From: Tubulanus polymorphus
Lineage: Eukaryota > Animalia > Nemertea
DNA: 64,000 nucleotides
NCBI RefSeq assembly: GCF_964204645.1
Contig: NC_134033.1
Span: 15,942,655 to 16,006,654 of the forward strand
Direction of reading: 5' to 3'
Each line of letters starts with the position of its first letter. The first letter of the stretch is position 1. Below the pieces are notes generated by a model. That model searched no databases and had not been told where the DNA came from. It saw nothing but the letters and a program-made list of their open reading frames with translations. The translations under genes and the position numbers were made by a program. Of the stretch, positions 62,798 through 64,000 are shown piece after piece.

Positions 62798-64000
62798 GGC
62801 TGATGCTTAAACGTTTCGATCAAATATGGGCTTATCATGTGTTAACAAATATTTATACTGATAGTGGCGAATTCAGTCACTATAATGGGGCACTATAAAA
62901 CAATCATTTCCATCTAACAACCCGACTGCCAGCAATATAACATTAGTACACGCTAACACCACTAGGGGCCCATATGGTGCTGCCACCTAGTTCATGCAAA
63001 ATTTAAAGACGTTCATTTACCTAATAATTAATTAATCGATAATCGATTGATTGATTGATTTAACACAGAATATTCAAAACTCCTTGAGCGAGATACAAAA
63101 CAAATAAGATATTTATTAGACAAAAAACGTGTTTTATTTTCCTCAGAGAATTCAATATGATTTTTCAGAAGGAAGTAATCTGACTATTTCCAATATTTTA
63201 ACTATAATCAGAACCGGTTTCAGCATTTTCTACACAGATATTATAAACAATGCCATCTAAAGTTGTTAAAATGCCCATTTAATGAATACTTGTAATTATC
63301 CATTCGCCCTTGAGGTAAACATCAGATACAATCTGTCACACTCAAGGTTCGGGCGATTATAATTTGCTCGATAACGATAAGCCCAGTTCAGTTTTGAGTC
63401 CTCGGTTTTAAGGCTCCGAATCGTGACCATATGGACCGGAGCCCTAAAAGCGCTTAACAGTTCAAGGTTCTAGATTATGTGTGCACGTATTACCCTGTTT
63501 TAACTTCAACAGAGTGAACTGTTGAGATATTCAGCAGACACTGGTTAACATGCAGGGCCGTATCTAGGGGCCCGAGGGGGTTTGGTTAAGGAGTGGACAC
63601 CCCCCGGAAATTTTCGACAAGTTTTTGCAAATATTACCGTTATATCCAACAGAACTGCCCTTTTCAGGATACTCCGCACCCCCCCCCCCTAAAAAAAAGA
63701 GTTCAAATGCTAGGTACGTGTTCAAATGACACGTGGATTCATATTCTCACTATTTATCACTGCTTTCATGAATTATATTCAACATCGGTCTCAAGTGATA
63801 CGTTATATCAATAATCTACTGCATTTAATAACCGAGTTATGAAATTATTATGGTATTATATATATTATAACAGTTCGGTTATATGCATATAATCGCGGAG
63901 CTCCGTCATCTGACCGGTTGAATTTCATTCAACTTCACAGGAGAGGACCAGACTTGACACGCAACGTGATCAGCATTACGACTTACATATTGCATCTATG

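Overview
This is an intron-rich animal (invertebrate-like) genomic window, not a prokaryotic one. Six protein-coding genes were reconstructed by hand from GT-AG splice sites and conserved motifs. They form three head-to-head pairs: (1) a MAP4K4/MINK1/TNIK (misshapen) kinase on - (runs off the left edge) with an mTERF-family gene on +; (2) TMEM164 on - with a USP4/11/15/32-type deubiquitinase on + that carries an inserted RING-like zinc finger; (3) NKAP on - with POLD3 on +. Introns are full of minisatellites and short non-autonomous DNA transposons (Harbinger-like, piggyBac-like, hAT-like, Academ-like), plus one SINE. The most striking observation is a 1537-bp element with terminal inverted repeats, a perfect 8-bp target-site duplication and an internal 59-bp array. 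It sits inside the first coding exon of POLD3: removing it restores ATG-GGG-AAC-GAA-AAA-GAA-ACT-GAG-ATG (MGNEKETEMFLENLDEF...). Most long ORFs in the supplied track are artefacts of repeats or antisense frames. No CRISPR array, rRNA or convincing tRNA gene was found. Family names come from recalled motifs, not database searches.
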